Shown: one piece after another, positions 1-10,553 of the stretch
Position numbering within the stretch: position 1 is the stretch's first letter
Layout: the number at the start of each line of letters is the position of its first letter
The notes under the pieces: generated by a model
What the model saw: the letters and a program-made list of their open reading frames with translations, nothing else
Told to the model about the DNA's origin: nothing
Database searches by the model: none
Position numbers and translations under genes: made by a program
DNA from: Chloropicon primus
Lineage: Eukaryota
DNA length: 64,000 bases
Reading direction: 5' to 3'
Assembly (NCBI GenBank): GCA_023205875.1
Contig: CP060772.1
Coordinates: 310,001 to 374,000 of the forward strand

Positions 1-1470
1 AGGAGCTCGACCTGCTGTACGAATTCGTCCTGCTGCTTGACCTCATCTGGTACGCACCCCTTCCGCCCCCGGCTTTGAGGGTCTTCGGACGGTGCTTCAT
101 GTCCTTGCACCTCTCGATGTGCCTCTCCGCAGCCGTCTCGTTGAACGTCCTGCCGCAGTGCGGGCAAGGGATCAATCCGTCGTCCACCGGCGTGGAGGAG
201 GAGGACGAGCCTCCGAATCCCCCGTAGCTGCTGCTGCCGTCATTCACCCCCCTTGCCGCCATCATGGCCGCCCTGAACTGCTCGCTCTGGACTTTCCACT
301 TTGGCTTGGAACCCCCAACGGGCCTGTCCTGGCCGAACTTTCCTCCCCTGGACCCCTGGACCTTCTTCTTCCTCGAGTTGTAACGCCCGTAACTCCCACC
401 GCCGGAGGAGGAGGACCCCAAGCCGTCGTCCACCTTCTCCATCCCGGACATTCTAGCATCCTGGCTCGAGAACTTTGGCCTCTTGGACTTGAACACCTTT
501 TGGCATATCTTCATGTGCTTCTCCAGGGCCTTGGGGTTGAAGGTACGGTCGCACGTCGGGCACCGGCTCAGCACCGCAGTGGACTCCTCGCTCGCTCCGC
601 TGCTGAACGTATCCACCTCGGAAACGTTGGAGAAGTCGTACTTGAGTGGCTTGCCGCCGGTGCAGGATACAACTGCACCTTCTGTGGAGACTTGCTGCGA
701 TGCGTCGAAGCCGCGTTCGGACCCGCCGCGTGGTGACCGTAGCTGCCGTGATGGTGGCCTTGACCGCAGGAATGGCCGTGACTTTGGTGTGACACCACAG
801 GTTCTGACACCGTCCTCTTCAAGACGGTCCTCCTCTGCTCGTTCCTGTACCCGGACGTCGTCGTCCTCTCCCTCGAAGTGGTGAGCCTCGTCCGCAGGTT
901 CTGGCCCGATGGCAAAGAAGACGAGTAACCATTGGCGTTGGTGGCCAGAACAGCGCTCGATCCAAACCTTTGCTGCATCCTCTCCCTGCTGCTTCCCCTC
1001 GATCCAAGCCTCGCTTTCAGGTTCGCCAAGCTGCTCGCGAGCTGGCCGCGCCCAAGGGACTGGCTCCTCTGCAAGGAACCGTTCGAGGACTGGCTCCTGA
1101 GTATAGCATTCTTGTTCTTCTGCTGGCTGCCAAAGGTGTTTCCAATGTAAGTCGAAGCCTTTCCATTGATGTTCTCGATATCGTTGCTGCGCACGGCTGC
1201 CGAGTACTGTCCAGCGTTGTACGCCGCACCCTCCGAGGGGTTCTCCTTCCTCCTTAAGGACAAGGAGGACATGTTGGAAGTGGTCACCGGAAGATTAGCC
1301 CTCTGCACGGCTTGCTCCGTCTGATCGAGGTTGTACTCCACGTTGTGCAGCCACTTGTCCACCTGAGACACGTTGTCGTACCCAACGCCGACCAAAGCCG
1401 TGGCCTTGTTGCCCCCAGCACCAAAGTTATCATATACCCCAGTATTGTTCAAGGAACTGTAAGGGGACAT
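1..1470 (-). CDS. C2HC zinc-finger protein (ZC2HC1/zf-C2HC_2 family), 3'-partial; frame discontinuity near 617-678
   Basis: ATG at 1470 opens ORF 568..1482. A second frame, open to the window edge, encodes two C2HC fingers: LSRCPTCDRTFNPKALEKHMKIC (~505-570) and LIPCPHCGRTFNETAAERHIERC (~105-175). Confidence 0.75.
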
Positions 1471-2356
1471 GGTGACGGCCACAAAATCCTAATCCAATCC
1501 TTCAGTCACCTCAACGCCTCTCTCTGTCTCTGTCTCTGTCTCTGTGTGTCAACGAAGACGAAGACGACTCAATTATCAATTGATCTGTCTGTTGTCTCAA
1601 CGGCCTCTAAAGGTACGAGCAAGTCTCTCCCCCAAGGGAAGGGAAACTCAAGACGAATCCAATGGTGTCGAATCCCAATGAAAAATGATGTCGAGTGATC
1701 AGCTCAAACACGCGCCTCCCGTTTTTGCTCTGCCCCCTTTGCTTTCCCTCTCCCTGCCCTTTGGCTGGATGGACGGGTTGGTGATCTAAACCACTGGGTT
1801 TGGAGTTTCGAGCAACTTGCAGTGAATGAAACGACGCGAGACTTGGCACGGATCCAAGTTGCGAGTATCCCGATCGAATGACACCGCCCTTGGCAAAAAT
1901 GAATCGGTATGGGACCTACTGGGACCAACCAATGTTACGCCTCTCCTCGCTCCTCAATGGACCTCGATGGACCTCGATGGGCTCAAGGAAATTCGCTCCT
2001 TTTGGTCTCGAAACCGCGTGATGCGACGATAACACGGGATTTCTACACGAAACGACGTTCCCCCCCGAAATGACTTTTCGGTGTATTCGCTACGTGACGT
2101 ACCACAGCAGTGGACGAGTCCTGTAGTATTCTCAAGCTGGGGTTGGCTTTCGTGGTCCGATGTGGAACGTCGTACAAGGAATGCGTCGTCTTTGGGTTTT
2201 TCGCGACGGATTAACAAGGGTTTCGTACAGGGAAATGTGCGGGATATTTTGGAGTCGTTGAGGGCGAACGGAAACCGGAGGCCAGAGCCGAGGAGAGCAC
2301 AGCACAGCACAGCACAGCACAGTGTTTGACGAGGACGAGGATGATCGTGATGATGA

Positions 2357-2418
2357 TCTTGGAACATCACTCTTGGAGCATCACTCTTGGAGCATCACTC
2401 TTGGAGCATCACTCTTGG
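2357..2418. repeat. 14-bp tandem minisatellite (TCTTGGAGCATCAC) x~4.4
   Basis: Direct reading; units are head-to-tail with no spacers. Confidence 0.95.
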
Positions 2419-2805
2419 CGCTTGCAGCTTCGTTTCTTTCTTCGTTCCCTCCCGCTCCGTTGTCCTCTTACGTTGTCCTCTCGCTCGACAATACTTGCTG
2501 CTCATCGGCTTTGCTTCGGCTCACCATGGATGTTTGGGAAAGGAGCTGCCATGGTAAAGTATCGTCTAAGGATGCAATGGCAAGCAGCAAGTGGCTTTAA
2601 AGGTTGGACAAGAACAACGAGCTGTACTCGCTCTCTCCTCCCCGCCTTTCCATGAGGAAGCCCCTTCCCTCCGTCGAACAACTCTCGCCTCGAATTGTTT
2701 CACGGGGCAAGTGAGGTAGCCATGGAATGTCCGAGAGGTGCGCTACCACCCTTCGTCCCTCCCGCGCCCTTGATCCGTCGTCCTCTCATCATGAAACGCC
2801 CCTTC

Positions 2806-2836
<31 letters not shown>

Positions 2837-3009
2837 CAGCATCAGCATCATTCGCATCAAGGCGGCGGCCGAGAGAGGGAGGGAGGGGCAGTGAGGTGAG
2901 TTTGATCAAAACATTGACGACGAGGTCGAAGAGGGACGAGGAGGGGGGGAGTTCATTTCAAAAGATCGCGTCTTTGTCTTTCGATAGACTCTACTCTTGA
3001 AAGAATGGC

Positions 3010-3230
3010 GGACATGAAAGTCCTTTTCTTTCCGTTTTGGAGACCATACATGATAATTGATGATCCTCGGCCGGTGATTATACCATGTTCAATATCACTC
3101 TACCAACGCTGAGCCAAAAGCTTTGAGGAATGAAAACATGTTACGGATCTATATGAGGCCTTGCGATGATCATCATGACAAAGTATCCGACGAACGGCGG
3201 TGGGGCACTACTTTCTTTGGAGTCATTGAC
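3010..3230 (+). ncRNA. Candidate intronic box C/D snoRNA cluster
   Basis: TGATGA at 3058-3063 and CTGA at 3109-3112, preceded by ATCACTCTACCAAC (antisense to the conserved 18S GUUGGUGGAGUGAU, one G-U pair). GTTACGGATCTAT at 3140-3152 is antisense to the conserved 25S AUAGAUCCGUAAC and is followed by ATGA and CGATGA. All lie inside a putative GTGAGT(2896)...CAG(3273/3276) intron. Confidence 0.5.
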
Positions 3231-3453
3231 AGCCCTCTTCCCTTCCTAGTTTTTGCCTTGTCTCTCCTCTCAGCAGGTCGTCAGTCGACGCCGCGCCTCT
3301 TGCGTTGGAATCGCCATCATTCGAAGCCAGTAACCGGCGGAGGGCAGCGCCAATGGATGGATGAGCGGGCCCAAGCTGCGATCCGGCATCGATTTGTACA
3401 AAGTAAATGAATCCATTTGTAGAATAAATATCATGATAGGGTCTTTGGATTGA

Positions 3454-4539
3454 TCAAGTGCAGCTCGAGCACGTGCAACGGAAGCCGTAGTCCCGCAGGA
3501 GGTCTTGCCTCTCCTCTGTCTCGAGCTCGAGCTGCTCTGCGTCGAGGTAAGAGCAAGTGATTTCCTCCCCCTCCTCGATGTCGCGAAGAGCGTAGGCGTA
3601 GACCTTGGAGCAAGGCGAGTAGTCTCCCTCCTCACCCTCCTCCTCGTCGGCTTCGTAAAACATGGAGACGTTCGGTTCACAGCTGTGGTTCATCATGCTG
3701 TGCAGGGGGTAGAACCCGGTTCCCTCCAATTCCCCGTTGTGCAAGAAGATCTCAAGATTGTTCAGCTCAAACATGCCAACCAGGGAGCCGTACACGTCCA
3801 GGCTGAACAAGCTGCCCTCCTCGCGTTCGCTCACGTTTCCAATTCGACTCTTCAGAGCAGCACGAAGCAGAGCGAAGGAATCCCCTGCCAGCTCTTTCAG
3901 CTGGGACCTGAACTCGTCCTCGTCCTCCACGTCGTGGGGAAGGGCCACCTGAGACCACCAAGGAGCTTTCCACCCGCACCGTATCGCATCCAAGAAAGAA
4001 GCGGCAGATGACTCCGCCGAGTCCGACCCCGCCCCGCTTCCTGTTTTGCTGCTTCCCTCCCCCTTGTCCTTGAGCAACGAAGCGACAATCATCGCGTAAA
4101 ACTGCGTGCGTGCGTGAACGAGGAGAAGAGGGGCGCGTCGTCAGCTCTCTGAACTTCTCATCATTTCTATCGAGACGTCGAAACCCGTAAGTCACCTTAC
4201 CCTTGCAGCGAGTCTGAAAATGTCGTTGGTGCTGTCGGCGTGGTCGTTGAACTCCCTCATGTAGTGCCTCCCGGGATCGTCTCCTTCGCGATCCCCTCCC
4301 GCGAGAGGGCCGCAGCACAGCAAGTGATGGTAGTGCCGCCACGCAACCGTTTCGCAGCTCGTGCAGCAGTAGCACTCGCTGCAACCGCCTCGGCAACGGA
4401 CGACAGCGCTTCCCGAGCCCACCCGTGAGCTCGATGATGACCCCGACACCCTGCCCCCAGCCGTGCCAAGAAACGCATCCCTGTCCCCCAAGGAACCTGC
4501 ACCGCGCGAGCGAGAGCGACGACGCCACGGGAACAAGTT

Positions 4540-4571
<32 letters not shown>

Positions 4572-4889
4572 AGCTGGTGCTAAAGAAGATTCTTCGATCC
4601 TGAAGACCAGCGACGACTCACCTAATCGCTTCATGCATCGGTCGCATGCCCAAGACGCTTCCTTGCTCGCAGAGTGCTGCATACTTATCACAGGCTCGTC
4701 CTCGAAAGCAACATAACCTTGCTCAATGATACTCCTCGCGAAGACGCCTTTCCCTTTCCCGTCACCAGCATTCGACCTCACCTCCACATGCTCCCTCTCC
4801 AGACCCTCGAGGTGACGCCTGACAAATTCACCGTCCTCCTTCACCCCTCCATACTCCTCTATCCCTCCCCTCTCCTCCTCTGTAGCCAT
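3454..4889 (-). CDS. SET + MYND domain lysine methyltransferase (SMYD5/ATXR2-like), 3 exons
   Basis: Exons 4889-4622, 4496-4201 and 4101-3454 join in frame via GT-AG introns. Motifs: KGKGVFA, CDRC...CSECYCCTSC..AW..YH..LC, SMMNHSCEPN, GEEITCSY, YGFRCTCSSC. Confidence 0.9.
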
Positions 4890-5000
4890 CTGCCACACTG
4901 CCTCCTTCCTCTCTCAAAGCAAACCTGCGAGCGTCAATTCGTTCGAAACCAGACAAGCGACCACCCAATCGAATTACCGCGAGTCCATTCTTCGTTTGGC

Positions 5001-5162
5001 ACCTTCCCCTTCCCCTCTCGTCGCTCTCCTCGCCGCCACCGTCCTCGATAAGGTGAGCCACTCGGATGGTTTCTCCTTCACTTTCTGTCCTCTTCGTCGA
5101 TCCCTCGACCACTCCGAGCGTCGATTTGGCCAACCAAGGGCTCTTTGGAAAGCTCTCGCGAC
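5001..5162 (+). repeat. Dispersed ~160-bp promoter-region repeat, family A, copy 1
   Basis: Near-identical inverted copy at 16439-16600; degenerate partial copy at ~32895-32965. Confidence 0.9.
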
Positions 5163-5612
5163 GATTTTTTGTCTGACGTCGTCGACGCGAGTAATCGTCC
5201 ACAAAATAATCTCGCTAAGCCCTCTGCTTCACCCCTTGGCCGCCCTCTCTGTCTCACTGGCTGCTGCTCATCCCAAAGACAAATGTGAGCGGCGGAGAGG
5301 CCTGCTGATCCCAAGGACAAGTCAGGTGAGTTGAGCGCAATATGGAGGACGAGGACGGATGTAATGACGTCAAGAAACAGCTTGGAGGAATTTCATGTCT
5401 CGATATCTTTCCATAGAGCCGTCGCACGAAACAAATGGCGTCGTATTGAGCTTGAAACCTGAACATGATGATCATCTCGCTTCCTGTTTACTCCACTGGA
5501 TTCCAGGTTGGTGCGTTTGATGGCACAGGCGAGAGGGAGGCGAAGCAAGGGGCAGAGGAGTTACGCATCTCGTAGCATCACGTCGTGATCTTTCGAATGA
5601 TACCTCTCTTGA
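5134..5612. promoter_or_regulatory. GAAAG-N13-CTTTC dyad motif array in a divergent promoter (centres ~5159, 5400, 5583)
   Basis: GGGCTCTTTGGAAAG at 5138, CTTTCCATAGAGCC at 5407 and CTTTCGAATGATACC at 5590. The same motif recurs in most intergenic regions. Confidence 0.6.
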
Positions 5613-5970
5613 AGCGGTTGACTTCATTTTGAGGAAGCTGGAGACTGACGAGCGACTTCCCTCTGGGTGTTTGACAGAGGTCAACAAGGCAGGGGACTGA
5701 GGGGCACTGGCGGTGAGGAGGGCAAAGAGTCGGAGGCGTTGACCCATTTCAGGATTGGGACGCATCCTCATCAATCCCGAATCGGTCTTCTCTCTTTGCC
5801 ATCCCTTGGGTTTCATGAAGGTCCTCCTCGGTGACCGAGAACGGAGTGAAGCAAGAACAGGGAAGGAGGGCCTGCGGTGTGTGGGGGCGGCAGGTGTGGT
5901 CTGAGCCCAGGCCAAGCGTCGTGAGAACGTGATTGGTTTCCGCTGATCCAACACGAGAGCTTGGAGAAGG

Positions 5971-8370
5971 ATGCTGCCAACAACAACAACAACGAGCAAT
6001 GGGAATGGGCACCACTACCACAAGGGCAGCTATGGCAGCGTGAACCAGTTCTCCAAGATCATGTGGAGCTTGAAAAAGTTCTTCAGGCATGTCAAAGCGA
6101 GGCTCTCGAAAGAGAGCAAGATCAAGCTGATCGTCTACGCCATCTTCTTGCTGGTCAACGTGGCGTGGCTCGGCTCCACATTGATGGGCCTCGGGAGCGA
6201 AAGCGGTTACGACACGTCGCCGGGTGTGGCGAGGTCCGGGAGGAAGGGTAACGTCTGGGGGACAGCCGAGGGGAAGTCTCGGCACGGTCAGGGAGGTCAG
6301 AGAGGGAGGGGGGATGGGCAAGATCGCAACAGATCCGACCGCTCGGCGTCCAAGAGGAATGTGGATGACCTGGTTGAGTCGAAGGAGCACTGGCCCGGCG
6401 GGGACTTGGGTGGCATCGCCGTGAACGAGAACGTCATCCGTGCGAGAACGGGGGAGCAGATCAGCCTAGCGGCCAAGGTGGTGCACATCAACACGAGGAA
6501 GGATGCGGGAAGCGACTTGGTGATCGAGGGGGGGTCCATCCGCTTCAGCAGCGTCGGCAAGGAATTGCGCAGCATTCTGTGCACGCAGGAGAGGAGGGGC
6601 ACGATCGTGTACCTCTCCGGAACCGGGCCAGATGCAGACCAGATGGTCGCCTGCTTGAGAGCCAGCACGGGCACTTTCGAATGGAAGGCCCTGGCGGGAA
6701 GCGGATCGGACGTGAATGCCGTGATGGCGGGCTCGGCGCAATCGTCGTCGGGCTCGGAAGCCGACTTGCCCGTGTCCGTGCAGGGAGGGATCTCGGGCAT
6801 CTCAAGGAGCTTTGATGTGGGGGCGAAGAACGCCATTAGTGAGGGGCAGGCTGTGAGTTTCGTGGGGGGGAAGTTGTACCCCGGAGCGGCTCTGCACCTC
6901 AGCGAACCTCTGGAATTCGGGAAGGAGGACCTGCTCACGTCCCAAGGCATCAGCGGCGCGAGAAAGAAGATTGGACTGTACCCCTTGAGCTCCAAGCGCT
7001 TCTTGCTGTCGTACTGTAACAGCGTAGGAAGCGTTTACTTGCAGCTGGGAAAGTTTTCTGGCCAGGAGGGGGTCACGGAGAGCGTGGGAGCAATCTTGAA
7101 CAAGGCCAAGGTCGTGTTCTCCAAGGGTGGCAAGGTGGACGAGATCGAGATCTTGGTGCTTGGGGAAGACCGGTTCATCATCGTTTACACAGAGTACCAG
7201 TCGGGTGGCAGGCTCATGGCGGTGGCGGGGGAGGTGCTGTCCAACGACGTGGTCTCCTTTGGCGTCCCTCTGGAAGTGGATCCCAAGGGAGCGAGGCACC
7301 TCTCCATTGCCCCGATGGGGTCGAACCACATCGCGGTCCTCTTCACCAGAATGAAGCACCACGGGGATGCCAAGAAGGGAGGCTGCCTGGTGGTCTTGGA
7401 GCACAGCCCAAAGTTCAAGCACCTGGACTTGAGCATGCCGCAGGGGAAGTGCGTGACCAACATCGGAAGCGTGATTGACGCCACGCAGATCGTTAACCCG
7501 TCGAACAACCCCCAGATGAGCATCGTGAAGGACACGAGGCTCGTGGTGGCCTACAGGGATATGGTCTCGAGGAACACGGTCGTGAGGCACGTGGTCGTCC
7601 ACGACCTGAGCAGCGCGGATGCTTCCAAGAAGTCGATCGAGGCCGGGGGGGGGCAAGAGGATCTCAAGTTCTCGGGCACCGTGGGTGACGCCCTTGTCGT
7701 GCACGACTACGCGGTGAGACTGACGGACATCAAGCTGAGCCCGATCTCCAATTCGCATGTGATGGTCACCTACGCGGACAAGAAAAACGCTGGGCTGATT
7801 CTACTGGACGTGAGCTCGGCCCAGCCCTCTGTTGCCCTCGATCCCATGATCTTTTCCAACATGATGGTCCACTCCCTTGGGGTCCACGTCCAGGACCACC
7901 GCACCTTCCTGGTCTCCTACGGCGTGACCGAGCCCGTGAAGCTCGTCCGTATGATCAAAGTGGACATCAACATGAACCAAGGCGCAGGGGAGATGCACAT
8001 GCAAGAGTCCAGCCTGATGTCCAGCATCCTGACGCACTCGCAGATCCTGTCCATCGACGCGGACAACTTTCTGTTTGGATTTCTCCTGGGGTCCCAGGAG
8101 GAGGGGGGGGAGGTCCCGGGAACCGGTGGAATCCTCGCTGGATCCTTCGGACACGTCATCGGTGTGGCGGGAAGCAATGCTGCTCCCGGGAGCAAGGCCC
8201 CCGTCGTGCTGTCCGGCGTTTCGGCCCACCACAAGGGGCTTCACCCAGGCCAGTGCTACTACGCGTCTTCCTCGGGGATGCCTACGATCTCGAGAACAAC
8301 CACGCCGATCGGACTCTCCGTCTCGGACACGGAGATCCTCCTCTTTGCCCCGGGCTGCAGGACTGATTAG
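5971..8370 (+). CDS. 799-aa type II membrane protein with phage structural-protein-like motifs and a probable beta-propeller
   Basis: Long intronless ORF with coding-type codon bias. One N-terminal TM (LIVYAIFLLVNVAWLGSTLM), repeated short beta-strand units (RFIIVY...VAGEVLSNDVVSFGVP) and a C-terminal GLHPGQCYYASSSG...IGLSVSDTEILL. Confidence 0.8.
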   Translation: MLPTTTTTSNGNGHHYHKGSYGSVNQFSKIMWSLKKFFRHVKARLSKESKIKLIVYAIFLLVNVAWLGSTLMGLGSESGYDTSPGVARSGRKGNVWGTAEGKSRHGQGGQRGRGDGQDRNRSDRSASKRNVDDLVESKEHWPGGDLGGIAVNENVIRARTGEQISLAAKVVHINTRKDAGSDLVIEGGSIRFSSVGKELRSILCTQERRGTIVYLSGTGPDADQMVACLRASTGTFEWKALAGSGSDVNAVMAGSAQSSSGSEADLPVSVQGGISGISRSFDVGAKNAISEGQAVSFVGGKLYPGAALHLSEPLEFGKEDLLTSQGISGARKKIGLYPLSSKRFLLSYCNSVGSVYLQLGKFSGQEGVTESVGAILNKAKVVFSKGGKVDEIEILVLGEDRFIIVYTEYQSGGRLMAVAGEVLSNDVVSFGVPLEVDPKGARHLSIAPMGSNHIAVLFTRMKHHGDAKKGGCLVVLEHSPKFKHLDLSMPQGKCVTNIGSVIDATQIVNPSNNPQMSIVKDTRLVVAYRDMVSRNTVVRHVVVHDLSSADASKKSIEAGGGQEDLKFSGTVGDALVVHDYAVRLTDIKLSPISNSHVMVTYADKKNAGLILLDVSSAQPSVALDPMIFSNMMVHSLGVHVQDHRTFLVSYGVTEPVKLVRMIKVDINMNQGAGEMHMQESSLMSSILTHSQILSIDADNFLFGFLLGSQEEGGEVPGTGGILAGSFGHVIGVAGSNAAPGSKAPVVLSGVSAHHKGLHPGQCYYASSSGMPTISRTTTPIGLSVSDTEILLFAPGCRTD

Positions 8371-8505
8371 GCGCATTCTTATCTGTAACAGCACTCCCCT
8401 CTCAAAGGGGCGCTGGCTTTGTAAATCAAAATCAACCGAAAGCAGCAGAGTGACAGTTGACACCAACTTTTGTTATTACAAGCAAGGAAGCGACAGGCGA
8501 AGGCT

Positions 8506-9756
8506 TCACCACTGCTCACCCACATCCAGATCAACTTTCTTCCTTCCTCGCTTGCCTCTCTGGGCCCTGGGCAGAAACCTCGAAGGGGAGAAGGGTCTCA
8601 AATCGATGCTCGATGTTTGGCCGTCGAGGATGAGCTCCGCCATCAGCAGCCCGCACACCGGCGCCCAGCAGATGCCCCAACAGTTGTGACCCGAGCTCAA
8701 GAAAGCGTTGCAGCATCCGTCAATCTTTCCCATGAAAGGCAGGGCATCGGGAGGGCAAGGCCTCATGCAAGCTCCGACATGCTCCGGCGCTTCTTTCAGA
8801 AGGGAGCTCAGTTTCCCTGCGGATTCAGTGGCAGCAGCAACCCTGGACATGTCCGCCCTCACGCTGGAGGGAGTTCCGCAATCCCCGCCCTCGGCAAGCC
8901 GGTTCCTGTCTTCCACGTAGTCGCTCCCGCCGATGCCACACGCATACAAATCGCCATTGGACCGAGGGTAAAGCTCAAGGTGGGTCCCATTTTGCTCCTG
9001 GGAGCAAAACAACGCCGCTGGCTCTCGAACGACAGCTTCCCTTTTCCCACCCGAGTTCCGCCAGATCACGTGAGTGCTCTTAATCCCCGTGATCGGCCAG
9101 GACTCGTCCGGAAGCCCAAACCACGGCGCCACGAGTGTGGACCAAACCCCCATCGCGACCAAGACGTCCGTGCAACGAATGAGCTCCTCGCCCTTTCCGT
9201 CCGCGAGCTCGACCCTGACCGCCTCGGCCTTGAGATCCTCCCCGACCTCGGAAAACTTGATGCCCTTGGCGCGCCCAAGGACGACCTCGCAGCCCTTCTC
9301 CTGAGCAGCCTCCGCGAGCTTGGTCGTGATCTCCAGCGGAGTCACCTGCGCCGTGTTGCTGTCCAGCAGCTTCGCTTGAGCGATGTCGCCGTCGAGCCAA
9401 CTCCGCATGCCCAGCCCCTTCTGGCCCCTGCCACTCGCAACACTCAAAGTGTCGATCTCCCTGAACGTCTCCAGGCCGAGCTCCTCCGCCAGCTCCTTGT
9501 GCATCCGGAAGGACTCCGTGTGGAGTGCACTCGTGGGACCATCACCCCAATCCCTTGCCAGGAATCCTCCAGCCTTTCCAGATGCTGCAGACCCAATACC
9601 CTCGAGCTCAACAATGGTGCAACCACAACCTCTCTTGGCCAACTGGTACGCCGCGGAGGTTCCTTGGATCCCTCCACCCAATATCACAACATGCCTCTGC
9701 CTCGGCACTCCCTCTCCAGCCTTGGACATCACGACCACCGCCTTCGTGGACCTCAT
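8506..9756 (-). CDS. FAD-dependent oxidoreductase (DAO/glycine oxidase family, TDA3-like)
   Basis: VVILGGGIQG dinucleotide-binding motif, ASGKAGGFLA, ACMRPCPPDALPFMG, GHNCWGICWAP. First ATG is at 9756; the frame is open further upstream. Confidence 0.9.
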   Translation of the reverse strand: MRSTKAVVVMSKAGEGVPRQRHVVILGGGIQGTSAAYQLAKRGCGCTIVELEGIGSAASGKAGGFLARDWGDGPTSALHTESFRMHKELAEELGLETFREIDTLSVASGRGQKGLGMRSWLDGDIAQAKLLDSNTAQVTPLEITTKLAEAAQEKGCEVVLGRAKGIKFSEVGEDLKAEAVRVELADGKGEELIRCTDVLVAMGVWSTLVAPWFGLPDESWPITGIKSTHVIWRNSGGKREAVVREPAALFCSQEQNGTHLELYPRSNGDLYACGIGGSDYVEDRNRLAEGGDCGTPSSVRADMSRVAAATESAGKLSSLLKEAPEHVGACMRPCPPDALPFMGKIDGCCNAFLSSGHNCWGICWAPVCGLLMAELILDGQTSSIDLRPFSPSRFLPRAQRGKRGRKKVDLDVGEQW

Positions 9757-10441
9757 ATCCTCCTCCTCCTCCTCCTCAGTGACACCAACGCAAACAGGAC
9801 AAGCAGATGCTGATGATGAAGCCGGTGATGAAGCTGGTGGTGAGAGTGTTTGTGCTGCTGCTTCCTTCCAAGTCCTCGTGTAAGTCTGCAACCAGAACGA
9901 TGTGTTTGTTCCCAGGTCAAGTCAAGTCAGAACTCGTTGGAAACAGGAGGAGATGTTGAAGATGATGGCGGTCGGTGGCGATGTTTGCCCCTGCTGCTTC
10001 CTCTAGGTTCCCTCCTCGTCCTCGTTGTCTGTTCAACTCTGACATCCAAAAAAAGAGGTGGACAATGAGAATGAGAATTACGTTTCAGGTTGCTTCATCC
10101 TCCACACGACGCCATTTCTTTCAAGAGAGCAGTCAAACGAAAGAAGAAAGGACGAAGAATTGTATTATGCCAAGGTCCCTACACACCTGTGGACGCCACC
10201 CACCGTGTTCCCTCCACACAAGTTCTGCTCCTTTCGTTCCCGCGAAAAATTGTTAAAAAAAAAAAAGATTTTTCCTCCTTTTTTTTTGGCGGGAGATCCA
10301 ACGAAACCACAAACAAACGGAAGACGAACGCAAACCAAGGAAGGAGGAGGAGGAGGAGGTTTCAACAGCATTCGGTTCAGCATCTCCTTTCCCCTCCGAC
10401 GACAGACGACTCGGCATCCTCTTCGCCGATCGTGTCGCGCG

Positions 10442-10443
<2 letters not shown>

Positions 10444-10503
<60 letters not shown>
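10444..10503. repeat. (CT)n microsatellite
   Basis: About 29 CT units. Similar GA/CT tracts occur at ~2806, 4540, 16328, 20445 and 31459. Confidence 0.95.
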
Positions 10504-10507
<4 letters not shown>

Positions 10508-10553
10508 CTCATCGGATGGATCGGATTGATTGGATTGGATTGGATTGATCGCC

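Noticed and set aside
2357..2418. CRISPR-like short repeats
   Set aside because: The 14-bp units are contiguous with no spacers, the context is eukaryotic, and there are no cas genes.
1500..2860. Protein-coding gene in the gap (several 60-140-aa ORFs)
   Set aside because: No ORF shows host-like codon bias or recognisable motifs; the region is rich in simple repeats.
3095..3116. tRNA on the minus strand (GGCTCAGCGTTGGTAGAG resembles a D-arm/A-box)
   Set aside because: No T-arm GTTCRA or acceptor stem follows; the plus-strand snoRNA guide reading fits better.
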